A stretch of DNA of 64,000 nt from Candidatus Micrarchaeota archaeon (GTDB lineage Archaea > Micrarchaeota > Micrarchaeia > Norongarragalinales > SBBD01): the NCBI GenBank assembly GCA_018819225.1, contig JAHJQN010000004.1:685-64684 (forward strand). Reading direction: 5' to 3'. How positions within the stretch are numbered: the stretch's first letter is position 1; every line of letters starts with the position of its first letter. A model generated the notes under the pieces. It searched no databases, was not told the DNA's origin, and was given only the letters and a program-made list of their open reading frames with translations. The translations under genes and the position numbers were made by a program. Positions 23,538-34,300 of the stretch are shown piece after piece.

Positions 23538-26500
23538 TTATTTGTCGAGTCGCCTGACTTCCCGTTTAATGTCCCGGATGACGGTATCGGGATCTTCCCA
23601 CCATTGTCGACTCGGCACACGGAATACGTTCCATCCGCGCTTTTCCAAAAACCGGTGCCTGTAGACGTCCCATTCCTTAGCGTCTTGCGTATTGCGGTAG
23701 GTTCGTCCATCGCATTCGATTCCAAGCAAGTAATCCGGAGTATTCGGTGCCCGAGCAATGGCGAGATCGAGCGCATAAGGCGCAGCGCCCACGCCTTCCA
23801 TGACGTGAATCCCTTCCGCTTTAAGCGCGTGCATGATTTGTTGAGGAATAGGTCGAACGCCGTCCGAGAACACGTCGACGGTTTCCCCAGTATCCCGCGT
23901 TTCGCCGAGGTTTTTTAAGAGCTTTCGGGAATCGCGGTCGGCGCCCATGGACACGAGTTTCGCATACTCCAAGTATTTGCGTAGGAGCCGTGGTCCCTTG
24001 TTCGCGGCCTCCTCGGTTTTCAGGTCTTGGGGTGCGATGGATGAAACGAGATACGTTTTTTCTCGGGCGCGCGAGACCGCAACATTTAACCGGTTTTCTC
24101 CGCCTGCGGCACTCAGGCTGCCGAATTGCGTAATCACTTTCCCTCCTTCTTTCGTTGGCGCGTACCCGATGGAGAATATGATGACATCTCGCTCGTCCCC
24201 TTGAACGTTTTCAATATTTTTAACGAATAATCCTTGTACCTCCTCGTCGAGCATGCGTTCTTTTTCCCGGCGGTAGTTCATGTAGAACGATCGGTCATCC
24301 CTCGCTTTGCGGTCCAAGAGGTTTTCAATGAGCTCTTTTTGTTCGGCGTTGAACGTTATGACGCCGATGCTAGGCGGTCGCTTTGTAGAGATCAGTTTTT
24401 CGATGAGTTGAACGACTTTCTCGGCTTCGATCCGGTTTCGTCGGGCATCCCACGTTCCATTCACCTGCACCCATTCAATCACGGGGCTTTTTCGGTCGCG
24501 TTGGCTTGCGGGAACGTGCGCGATTCGACCGTGGTAAAACGCGTGGTTGGAGAAGGCAATGAGTTCCTCGTGTTTCGAGCGGTAATGCCATTTGAGCATG
24601 AGTTCCGCGTAGCGTTTTTTGGCGAGTTGAAGAAAGCTCTCGTTTTCTTTTGCTTCGGTTATGGCTTCGGGTCGTTCCGCGTCCTCGTCATCGATATCAT
24701 CGAGGTACGCTTCGAATAAATCAAAGGGAGGAAGCTGTTTTTCATCGCCGGCAACGACGACGCTTTTAGCTCGGTGCACCGAGGGAATGGCATCTTCCAG
24801 CGTGCATTGGGATGCTTCATCGAACACCACCAAATCGAACAGGCCTTGCTGGAGGGGAAACAACGCGGAAACGGTTTCAGGGGATGCCAGCCAGCACGGG
24901 AACACGTTGAGGAGTCCCCGATCCCAGAATTCGTTGGCAAAACGGCGCATGGGCCAGCGGTGGCTTTGTTTTTCTGCCTCGTATTTCATGAGTTTCAATT
25001 CGGAGTACTTGGCTTTAGCCATTCCTTCAAGCCAGGCTCTTTTGACGCGTCTTCGGTTGACGAGTTTTCGTTCTTCCAGTCGGTCTCGTGCTTCTTTTCG
25101 GCGGCGTTCATAGGTTCCGGAATCCATTTTGCATACGAGGGGCACGTCCGCTTCGCCTGCGGTGATCCATTGGAAGCAGAACGCATGTTCCAATTGATCC
25201 AACGCTTTGCGAATGTCTTTGGGTTCCTGCACGAGCGGTCGCACGATATCCAATGCCTTCTTCTCGGAATCCGTTAACTCGTCTTTCCAGGCATCCAATC
25301 GTCTCAAATCCTCTTTCTTTCCAATCAGTTTTCGCATGCCAGCGAGATCACTTCCAGATTCCCCGATGGACGCCTTGTTAAGAAGTTGTCCGGCGGAATC
25401 AGGCCCAAACACGTTCTGAACGTTTTTCGCATGCTCTTCAAAGGATTTCATGAGCTCGTTGTATCGTACGAGCGCTTGAATGGATTCAACGGCTTTACTG
25501 CCGGCTTTGCCGTTTCCCGTCAGGAAACGCTTGGCTTGGCTTTTTCCGTATTCATTGTTTTCGTGGCATTTCTGCAGCAATTCTTCCAGCCAATTCCTGG
25601 TATTCCAGAACGTGCGGCTGGCGAAACGCAGCGGCGAAGCGCCTGCATACTTCTTTAATTCCGTTACTAGTTTCTCGGTGTCGGGATAATGAATTCCCTT
25701 TTGGCTCGGCAATCGTTTCCATGCGTTTCCTTTCGTGATAGCCGATAATTGACCTTGCAGTTTGGATAAGGATTCCAAACTTTCCTCTAGATTCCTCCAA
25801 TCTTCCGTGGTCAGGTTTGAGAAACGAGTTTTCGAACCCAAAGGCAATGAATACCCGCTCAAGGCTAACGGCATCACGTCCTCCAGTTTTCTTCGCAACT
25901 CTTTCATTCCGCCATAATCAAACGAGTTTTCGAGTCCTTGAAGCTGCATGGAAGGAGCTTGGGGCGCGGGATCGTTTGAGTACAATTGATGTAAAGAGAC
26001 TCCGCAGGGAAGCGTTTGATGTAATGCTTGATGGTAGTCGGATATTTGGCTCAGCAATTCTTCGGCTTTCGAACCGGCTTTTTCGGTGGCTTCCGGATAT
26101 TGCTCGAATGCCAGGAAATCGTGAATCACTCGGGCGGTTTTATCAAAAACGGCATTCCGGTCTTTTTCGTAATCGTGTACCACCACGCCCAGATCGGCTA
26201 AACCGATGCCTTTCAATCGATTGTAAACCACATCGAGTGCCGCCCGCTTTTCACAAACAACGAGCACGGTCTTTCCGGCGACAATGTGGTCGGCAATTAA
26301 ATTAACGATGACTTGCGATTTACCGGTTCCGGGCGGTCCATGAACGGTTAAACCCGGTAATTTGCGGCTCGCGAGGATCACGCGTTCCTGACTGGAATCC
26401 ACATCCGTGACCATGACGGGTGGTTCGTCCGTTTCTTCGATGCGTGGGGGTTCCGGAGCCGGTTTTCCATTGAAGAAATCGTGTAAAACGCCTTCGCGGG

Positions 26501-27371
26501 GAGGATTGCTGCGCATGGCATCATAGTCGGATAATAACGTGCTGCTCGTTTGCGGAAACTGACCCATGATGGCGTGTCGGAGGAGATGCACGCGTCCCAC
26601 CATATCGGTCGGGGCTTTTTCGTCCCGCATTTGCCGGAATTTGGCGAGTCGTTCTTCCTCGAGAATACGTTCATTGTCGAATGAAACGCCTAATTCTTTG
26701 TATTTCGCGATCGCGTTCTGTACGGGATTGCCTTCCGTGGGAATTTCTTCATCGATTTCTTGTTCGAAATTAACTCCGTTAAATTTCTGGTACGCGATTA
26801 AGAACGCGCGATTCAGTAGCGGACGGCGATCTTCATCCGCACGGGCCACGAACTCCATTTTCTTGTAGTCTTTTTCGAGGACGATGGGAAAGAGTGCGAT
26901 CGGACATCGGAAATAGGTTCCATCCCGAAAATTGCCTTCGACGAACGGATATCCGATAAACAAGTCGTAGTTGCCGCTTTCCTTTTCGATGAAATCGGCT
27001 TCTCGCTGCAAATGATTCAGTTTGTAGCTTAGATTCAAGTGTTTTTCATTGGAAGAAAAAACTTTGACGAGTCGCACGGTTTTGCGCTTGCGAATTTTTT
27101 CGAGTATTCCCGGAGTTTCGCCTTCCGAGTCTTCCACAAGGTTATGGAGGTCGAAGTGTAACCGCATGTTTAATCGAAGCAACCGCAGGCTGCGGTTCTT
27201 TTTGCTGACATCGGTTAGCCGATCTTTCAGCGTGGAAAGCACGGCGGATAATTCGGAGGGAGTTCCGCCGGCTTCTTTGGCGGCTTCTGGCGTGACACTT
27301 CCTTCGCGTACTTGTTCTATGAGCATTTGAGCCTGCGTTTTCATCGCAGTAATTTTCCCTCTTCGATTCAA
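23538..27371 (-). CDS. SF1 (Upf1-like) helicase fused to a C-terminal Vsr/DUF559-like endonuclease domain
   Basis: 1277 aa. Walker A HGPPGTGKSQ, motif II VVFDEASQ, VQGDERDVIIFS and LNVAVSRAREK. The C-terminus reads LLGIECDGRTYRN...FLEKRGWNVFRVPSRQWW. Confidence 0.8.
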   Translation of the reverse strand: MNRRGKITAMKTQAQMLIEQVREGSVTPEAAKEAGGTPSELSAVLSTLKDRLTDVSKKNRSLRLLRLNMRLHFDLHNLVEDSEGETPGILEKIRKRKTVRLVKVFSSNEKHLNLSYKLNHLQREADFIEKESGNYDLFIGYPFVEGNFRDGTYFRCPIALFPIVLEKDYKKMEFVARADEDRRPLLNRAFLIAYQKFNGVNFEQEIDEEIPTEGNPVQNAIAKYKELGVSFDNERILEEERLAKFRQMRDEKAPTDMVGRVHLLRHAIMGQFPQTSSTLLSDYDAMRSNPPREGVLHDFFNGKPAPEPPRIEETDEPPVMVTDVDSSQERVILASRKLPGLTVHGPPGTGKSQVIVNLIADHIVAGKTVLVVCEKRAALDVVYNRLKGIGLADLGVVVHDYEKDRNAVFDKTARVIHDFLAFEQYPEATEKAGSKAEELLSQISDYHQALHQTLPCGVSLHQLYSNDPAPQAPSMQLQGLENSFDYGGMKELRRKLEDVMPLALSGYSLPLGSKTRFSNLTTEDWRNLEESLESLSKLQGQLSAITKGNAWKRLPSQKGIHYPDTEKLVTELKKYAGASPLRFASRTFWNTRNWLEELLQKCHENNEYGKSQAKRFLTGNGKAGSKAVESIQALVRYNELMKSFEEHAKNVQNVFGPDSAGQLLNKASIGESGSDLAGMRKLIGKKEDLRRLDAWKDELTDSEKKALDIVRPLVQEPKDIRKALDQLEHAFCFQWITAGEADVPLVCKMDSGTYERRRKEARDRLEERKLVNRRRVKRAWLEGMAKAKYSELKLMKYEAEKQSHRWPMRRFANEFWDRGLLNVFPCWLASPETVSALFPLQQGLFDLVVFDEASQCTLEDAIPSVHRAKSVVVAGDEKQLPPFDLFEAYLDDIDDEDAERPEAITEAKENESFLQLAKKRYAELMLKWHYRSKHEELIAFSNHAFYHGRIAHVPASQRDRKSPVIEWVQVNGTWDARRNRIEAEKVVQLIEKLISTKRPPSIGVITFNAEQKELIENLLDRKARDDRSFYMNYRREKERMLDEEVQGLFVKNIENVQGDERDVIIFSIGYAPTKEGGKVITQFGSLSAAGGENRLNVAVSRAREKTYLVSSIAPQDLKTEEAANKGPRLLRKYLEYAKLVSMGADRDSRKLLKNLGETRDTGETVDVFSDGVRPIPQQIMHALKAEGIHVMEGVGAAPYALDLAIARAPNTPDYLLGIECDGRTYRNTQDAKEWDVYRHRFLEKRGWNVFRVPSRQWWEDPDTVIRDIKREVRRLDK

Positions 27372-27484
27372 CCCGGTGAAACTACTCGCGCAATATTAAA
27401 AAACAGGTCGCATGAGCCCATAATTAAGGTTATTAACGGTTCCTTACTTTTCAATATTGGTCGATTAATACGTTATCCCATCGG

Positions 27485-30400
27485 TTGCTACTATTTTGCT
27501 TTGCCATCCTATTGTTATTGGGTAGTGCGCATGCTGCCATTGAACGTTTATACGGGGATTTGGGAACCGATATATCGGAACTGCGGGGGCATAGTTCCAT
27601 TCAATTGATTCCCGATGGATCGGGAGGCGCGTTATTCATGTGGGTGGACGACGAGGACGGCACTGTCGACGCTCTCGACGATCCCAGGGCATACATCAAT
27701 CAATTCAATAAGTTTGGAAGGCAGTTATGGCCGAATTCCGCCGTGATTGATAGCCCGAGTTCATATATTTACGGCGGAGCGACGTTGTTGGAGCATCCGG
27801 TGGATGGATTCTATGTCTTGCATACCTCCGGAATAACGACTAGACGGACGTATGTAAATCGATATAATTCGGACGGAACCGTTGTTTGGACGAATAAAGT
27901 ATTCTTTAACAGTATTAGTTACGATCGCTATAGTATCAAGGCAACGTTAATCGATGATTTAGGCAACGTGTTTGTTCTCTTTACGCACTGTATCACGGGT
28001 GTGAGCTGCAGCGAAGTGGGCGCGAGGTTTCGCCGCCTCGTTCTCAAGGGAATGGATCCGAATGGGAACGTGTTTTTGAGTATTGAAGTCAGGAATCAAA
28101 TTGACGCCCAAGATTATAGCACCGGATCCGCGAAGATAATTCCCGATAATTCAGGAGGCGCGTATATTGCATGGAAAGAAACCGAGGAAGGAGAATTACG
28201 TATCACGCATTTGGATTCTTCCGGTAGCGTCGCTGCGGATTGGATTGGAGGCGATTCGTTGATCGTTCATGCGGTCAATCCCGGATACGATACCCCTCAA
28301 GGTTTGGGGGGACTGGATTATTCCAGTGACGGTTTCATCTACGTGGTCGCAACAATGGGTCATTTAGCGAGTACGTTTACTTCCATTCAAGTTTACAAAC
28401 TCAATTTGGACGGAACCCCTGCCATTTCTTGGGATTCGAATGGAGTCACGCAAGCAACTCAACGCAGCTTTTCCACGACGTTTGTTCCGGATCATGCGGG
28501 AGGTTATTATGTATACGGTACCACGATGGAATATTTCATAAGCGGTAAAGGATACTGGGGGGACACGTGGATCCACCGTTTTGACTCCAATGGACTTCCT
28601 GCTGCGGGCTGGAGCGATTGGATTCGAGTGGATGCCGCTTCATGGTCAAGTCAACATGTTCTTGAAGATAATGACGATATATTCGTGGGCTTTGTGAACA
28701 AGGTGGCGGATCCGGATAATCGCTTGTATTACGTTACGAAATACCAGGCGGACGGCACGATGTATCCTGAATGGTCTCCCAATATTGCCATTTCTTTGGA
28801 TGCTTCTTGGCTTGGTTTAGGGGGTTTTGCTCCGATGAGTGATGAAATGCAAGGTTTTACCGTTGCTTTTGGAAAACGAGGAACCGACGGTAATGGCAGA
28901 CCTCCATCCAATGTATTAGCACAGCGTTTGAATGAAGGCAATCTACCGCTTTCTATAGGGCCCATTTATTGCGATAAAGGAGATGGTTTTGAAGAATGCG
29001 TGAACATGCAGTTTGGAAATATTATTACGCAAGTGGAAGCGGAGTGCACGGATCCTGATTACGGCATAGATCGCGTCCGATTGCGTGTCTATGACCCGGA
29101 TAACGACCTTCGAGCGGACGGTTATCATACCAGCGTGAATGGCGATTTCTTCATTCTGGATGGCTTATCCGTTAACCTAGATGAGTTGGGTACCTGGCGC
29201 GTTAGAGCTGATTGTTACGGATTCCCTGGTGAATCCGACACGAATACGGTTGTTTGGGATGTGAGCCCTCCTTCTCCCCCGACCATTATTTCAGCGGATT
29301 GCGATACCTCTGGCGCAGGAACGTGGGTAGACTGCACAACGCTGGAATACAATCAAATGATTATGCGCACGCGAGCTGAATGCACGGATCCGAATGGCGA
29401 TGTCACGATCGTTCAACTGACGATGACCGATCCGGTTAGCACCGTTGTTTACGATTTAGCTGCAGCGAATGAACCGGCCACAGATTATTATGTCGTGGAT
29501 CACGCGGATGTGACACTGGATATTGAAGGAAGTTGGCAGGTGGACGTGCACTGCGAGGATTCCGCTGCATTATTTGATGATGCAACCATCAATTGGTTGA
29601 TTACAGCTCCGGTGGGTGGTCCACAACCTCCAATAGCTTCTGCAACGAGCGCTTCGGGAGCTCCGGATGATGTTCTTACTCTTTCGGGAGCCGGCAGTTA
29701 TGATCCGGATGGAGGAACTATTCAAGACTATTCGTGGGCGAATGTATTAGGCGATCCATCGGGTTGCATTATTGGCGCCATGGATCAAATGGATTTAACC
29801 ATTCAATGCCCGCTTCCCGAACGCGTTTTGCGGTTTGAGTTGACGGTTACCGATGATGAAAGCGAGCAAGGAACCGATTTGGCGGATGCGACGTGGTCCG
29901 TCTCCGGAGTCAACCAACCGCCGATAGCAGTCGTAGAGAGCGCAACGGGTCCCATTAATACGGATTTGGCGCTTGTGGGCCACAACAGTAACGATCCCGA
30001 TGGTTTTATTGACTCGTTTGCGTGGAGCTTGGTTTCCGGGGACTTGACCGGATGCGTGGAGAATGATTTGGATCAAGGGGACATGCATATTCAGTGCGAT
30101 TCCGCGAAATCGTTGTTGTATGAGTTGACGGTTACCGACAATGACGCGGAAACGGATTCAGCTCAAGCTGCTGCGGTATTCAATGAAGGCGGTCCGGGCA
30201 CCGGTTCGTCGACTCCTGGTTTCGCCATTCAAGAATTGACGGTAATTGCGTTGGATTGTCCGCGTTTGGTTGCAACGGATGAAACGCAAGTCATTGTTCA
30301 ATGCTTGGAGAACGGTGTCGCGTGTTCGGAGTCGGACATATTGTTGACGGGTGCTCCGAACTCGTTTGTGAGTCAGGAAGCGAACGCGTTATATTATTCG

Positions 30401-30574
30401 GTTGAAACCGTTCAGGCTGGTGATTTCAAGTTGAAGGCGGAAACCTCTTTTGGCAGCGCGACGTGTTCCATTCGACGTCCTCAAGTGGAAGCCGGAAGTC
30501 TTCCTGACTTCTCGGTTTACTTGATTCCGCTCTTCGTGTCTACAGCCCTATATCTAAGGAGAAGAAAGGCGTAG
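27485..30574 (+). CDS. Large secreted, C-terminally anchored surface protein
   Basis: 1029 aa. Signal-like N-terminus LLFCFAILLLLGSAHA with a TTG start. Repeated PPIA...GSYDPDG.I..Y.W modules look PKD-like. C-terminal TM segment followed by RRRKA. Confidence 0.7.
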   Translation: MLLFCFAILLLLGSAHAAIERLYGDLGTDISELRGHSSIQLIPDGSGGALFMWVDDEDGTVDALDDPRAYINQFNKFGRQLWPNSAVIDSPSSYIYGGATLLEHPVDGFYVLHTSGITTRRTYVNRYNSDGTVVWTNKVFFNSISYDRYSIKATLIDDLGNVFVLFTHCITGVSCSEVGARFRRLVLKGMDPNGNVFLSIEVRNQIDAQDYSTGSAKIIPDNSGGAYIAWKETEEGELRITHLDSSGSVAADWIGGDSLIVHAVNPGYDTPQGLGGLDYSSDGFIYVVATMGHLASTFTSIQVYKLNLDGTPAISWDSNGVTQATQRSFSTTFVPDHAGGYYVYGTTMEYFISGKGYWGDTWIHRFDSNGLPAAGWSDWIRVDAASWSSQHVLEDNDDIFVGFVNKVADPDNRLYYVTKYQADGTMYPEWSPNIAISLDASWLGLGGFAPMSDEMQGFTVAFGKRGTDGNGRPPSNVLAQRLNEGNLPLSIGPIYCDKGDGFEECVNMQFGNIITQVEAECTDPDYGIDRVRLRVYDPDNDLRADGYHTSVNGDFFILDGLSVNLDELGTWRVRADCYGFPGESDTNTVVWDVSPPSPPTIISADCDTSGAGTWVDCTTLEYNQMIMRTRAECTDPNGDVTIVQLTMTDPVSTVVYDLAAANEPATDYYVVDHADVTLDIEGSWQVDVHCEDSAALFDDATINWLITAPVGGPQPPIASATSASGAPDDVLTLSGAGSYDPDGGTIQDYSWANVLGDPSGCIIGAMDQMDLTIQCPLPERVLRFELTVTDDESEQGTDLADATWSVSGVNQPPIAVVESATGPINTDLALVGHNSNDPDGFIDSFAWSLVSGDLTGCVENDLDQGDMHIQCDSAKSLLYELTVTDNDAETDSAQAAAVFNEGGPGTGSSTPGFAIQELTVIALDCPRLVATDETQVIVQCLENGVACSESDILLTGAPNSFVSQEANALYYSVETVQAGDFKLKAETSFGSATCSIRRPQVEAGSLPDFSVYLIPLFVSTALYLRRRKA

Positions 30575-30579
30575 GTTCT

Positions 30580-31212
30580 ATGCCTGGAAATTCGCATGAA
30601 GAAGAGATGCGGAGTCGGGGACGCAAATGGATTGTTGAAGGATCGCCGCTTCACGTTATTTCAGATGATTTGCGCCTTGATATCGGGTACGAGATTCGCT
30701 CTCGCTTGAAAACACTTCCTTCCGGTCGGCGATTAGTTGTATTGGATAGCGGGTGTGGCCATGAAGCCGGTGCAGTCCGAGAACTCGTGCAAATGTTCCG
30801 CAAGGAAGTGGAAAAAGGGCGTTTGGAAATTCACGGAATCCATTTGGCTAGCTCCCGATCTTGGAACGCTTTTCTGGAAAACCATCGGGGTTCGGGAGTC
30901 ATCTTTCACAATAAGACGCTTCGTGAGTTTGCGGATACGGGAATCCATCCGGACATCATATACGATCATTTCGGGGCCATTGCGCATGAACCTTCCCGGA
31001 GACGAGAGTTGGCTTCCACGTATGTGCGCATTCTGAAATCAAAAGGCGTTCTCGCGTTCCATATTCCGCGTGAGGTATTTGATAGAAGGAACGATCCCCA
31101 TCATTGGGGTTTGCCTAGTACGGTTCGGGTAGTGAATCTAGGGGAAACGGAGAGCGATATTGGCGCTGGAGATGATATGGTTTCCAAAGTGTTTCACATC
31201 CGAAAACATTGA
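30580..31212 (+). CDS. Putative class I SAM-dependent methyltransferase-like protein
   Basis: 210 aa. Motif I-like VVLDSGCGHEAG. Lies 5 nt after the surface-protein gene. Confidence 0.4.
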   Translation: MPGNSHEEEMRSRGRKWIVEGSPLHVISDDLRLDIGYEIRSRLKTLPSGRRLVVLDSGCGHEAGAVRELVQMFRKEVEKGRLEIHGIHLASSRSWNAFLENHRGSGVIFHNKTLREFADTGIHPDIIYDHFGAIAHEPSRRRELASTYVRILKSKGVLAFHIPREVFDRRNDPHHWGLPSTVRVVNLGETESDIGAGDDMVSKVFHIRKH

Positions 31213-31311
31213 CGCGGGAGTTCGTTTGAATAGGCGTTAGCTACCGCTAATCATAGTTAAACAGGTAAGGGCGCAGCATTCTCGCTGCGCCCTCAATAAA
31301 AAAGAAAAAAG

Positions 31312-34300
31312 TTATTTCTTCTTGGCCTTCTTTTCCTTCTTCTTGCCGCCCAATACGAACAAGAACGCTAGGGCAATCAATCCCAGCACCGCCAAGCCGT
31401 ACTCCCACGGGAATAATCGTCCTGCAAACAAGCCCGTCAATGAAGACGTTTCTTCATCGGATTCCATTTCCAGTTCTTGTCCGCTAGACGATTCCGTTGG
31501 CACTGTTTCCTCTATCACTTCTTCAGCGGGAATCACGGTCCACTCGTTCTTCTCTTCAACCTCTGTCGGGGACGCGGGTCGTTCCTTTTCTTCGACCTCG
31601 ACAGGTTCCTGGTTTTCTGCAGGAGGTTGGGCCACGTAACCGCTTGAGTAGCTTCCACTACTTCCGCTGCTTCCTTGGTTGTTGGCCGGTGGTGGTGTTC
31701 CGGGTGCTTGGGCCACGATTTTCTCTCCTACGTTGCCTACCGCGTCCACGGCGCTGACACTCCACGTGCCTTCCACGCCTCCGGTATCGAAAGAGGTTTC
31801 TTCCGTCATGCCTACATACCCGTCGTTAACGAATACTTTGTAGTAGTCGATGCCGCTGGGGTCCGTGGCTGGCGTCCAACTCACCTCGTCTCCTGAAATG
31901 ATAACGTTCGTGGGTCCGTTGGGTCCCTGTAAATCGATAATGAACTCGAGTTCAGGGTCCGTGCAGTGGGGCGGAATATCATCGTCTGGAGGCAGATCGC
32001 CTTCGAAGAGGATATCGCACGCGCGCGAGCGGAGGTAGTACGTTATTCCGTTCTCTAATCCTTCTTCAAGGGCGTTGAAGTCTTCTCCATAGATCCCTTC
32101 AAACATATCCCCTTCAAGCAAGGGAATGGTTCTCCAGTCGGAATCGTAGGTGGTTTCATTTCCAATAGGCGTGCCTCCTAGCAACGTATTGATGTCTTCG
32201 TAGATGCGGTATTGCACCGTATCCGCAAGTACTCCGGACACGTCGGAAACGTCCAACGCGATAGGAATGACTTCTCCATACGTTTCTCCGTAGACGGGGG
32301 AGATAATCATCTTATCCGGTGGCGTGTTATCGACCATCATCGTCGTGCTCGTGTTGCCTCGGTTGTATTCCATGTCCATGGCATACAACCACAACGTATG
32401 CGATCCGTCCCACAATCCTACTCGAACGTCTCCAAATACCTTGCATGTGTGATCCGTCAGGATTTCGCCTGCAAAGTTGAAGTGTTGTGGTTCTTCGAGG
32501 CATTCGTCGAGTACGTGGATGGTGATGAGTTGTTCTCTCAATATCGCTCCGTCTCCAAGGATTCGAATCCAGAAAATGTAGTCTCCGGGTTCGGTGCCTT
32601 CCGGTACTTCAAACCAGAACTCAAAGAACAGGGTTTGGTTTCCTGTTACGTTCTCGTAATTGAATGGCGTCCAAGTCACCCAGTCCGCGTATCCGGGCTG
32701 GATTTCAACGTACACTTCGTCAATTACCGCCGTTTCATTTTCAATGGATGCGACAATGACTTCCGGAATTTGCGAGGAATCATTCAAATCAAAGTACTGG
32801 CCTCCGGTTTGATCGGACATGTACTGCCATGCATTCGGATCTTCTCCAGAGAATACGGAAATAACGGATAGTTTGTTGGTGGCTAATTGCCCAACGACTT
32901 CCTCGAAATCGAGGTCGTCTTCCGTGTCAACGATTTCATCGCGTCCCGGATCCTTGCCCGTTGAATATCCGTTGAATCCGCAATCATGCGGAACATCGTC
33001 TCCGAACATGATGACGATTTTCTTTGCGGTGTCCCTGAATCCAGCGAATTGTGCTTCATAGAGCGCGCGTGTGTACGATTCCGGCGAATCGTATCCGGAT
33101 CCTAAATTCAGGTCGTTGATGGCATCAGAAACAGCGGAAGTGTCGCCCGTTATGGCCTCGTCCAGCATGTACGAGTAATCGCCTTCCTCAGGGTCTCCGT
33201 ATGTTGCAGAGTATCCGCAGTTGCTGCCCTCATCATCTATATACTGGTGCGGGTAGTCCATGAACGAAGCCGCTCCGAACATGGAGTCATCCACGAGCAG
33301 GCTGATCGCGTCCATGATATCCAGTGCAGACCCTTTCACTTCGTCTAATTCATCTCCCATGCTGCCCGTCAAGTCCAATGCGAACAAAACGTCGATAGCG
33401 GTGATGGGAGTCGAGTTCGTGGTCACGTTCTTTTCTTCGTGCACGTTTTCTCCGGGGTATAGCCATGCTTCGACTGTGTTCTCAGTAAAGATCGGGTCAT
33501 AGCCTTCTTCTTCTCCGCATTCGGATTGAACGATTTCTCCCGAACATTGGAGCAATGCGGAGTCGGGATCCGTGGCTTCCAAGTAAGCGACGAAGTAGTC
33601 GTTCGTTGAAATCGGGCCGTCAAGTCCTTCCGTATCCGTCAGGATGACGAATGGAGGTTCGTTGTCAATGTCCATGACAATCGGATCATTTTCGGCATCC
33701 TGCGCAATCGCGTAGAGCCGGTTGCAGCTGCGGTCCGATATGTCGATGACGAGATACGCTTTATCTGTTAATCCCGAGTCTTCCGGAATCTGGAGCGTTC
33801 CATCGCATACTCCATCAGAGTATGGAACCGTTCCAAGCGGCACCATCAAATAGCGGTCGCCCAAGTAATCCAGCAAATCGTAGATTTCGTATCCGTGGTT
33901 CAACATCCACATGACGTACGCGAGTTCGTCACCGTTGAGTTCTTCAAAGAAGATGTCGATGGCGTAGAACGTGCATTCATTAAATCCGGATACCGGATTG
34001 CCTTCGTCATAGGCCGGCGCATATACCGAGAAGACTTCCCCGTCGTGGTACCATCGTCCGGAAGTGGGGTTCAAAACCCATGCGCGCGGTTTCTCCTTGT
34101 CGAAGTAATCCGTTTCGTTCTGGATCATTTCATAGTTGCCCAACAAATCTTCGCTGTAGTACTCGAATTCGTACACTCCTTGGTGCTTGTCGTGGAACGA
34201 GAAGTTCGATTCCGCATCATATTCATACCATCCGTGCCACGGTCCGTTGTTCTTGCGGTAACGGTAATACGTGGTCGCGTTGTCGATGTGGCAAATCGCT

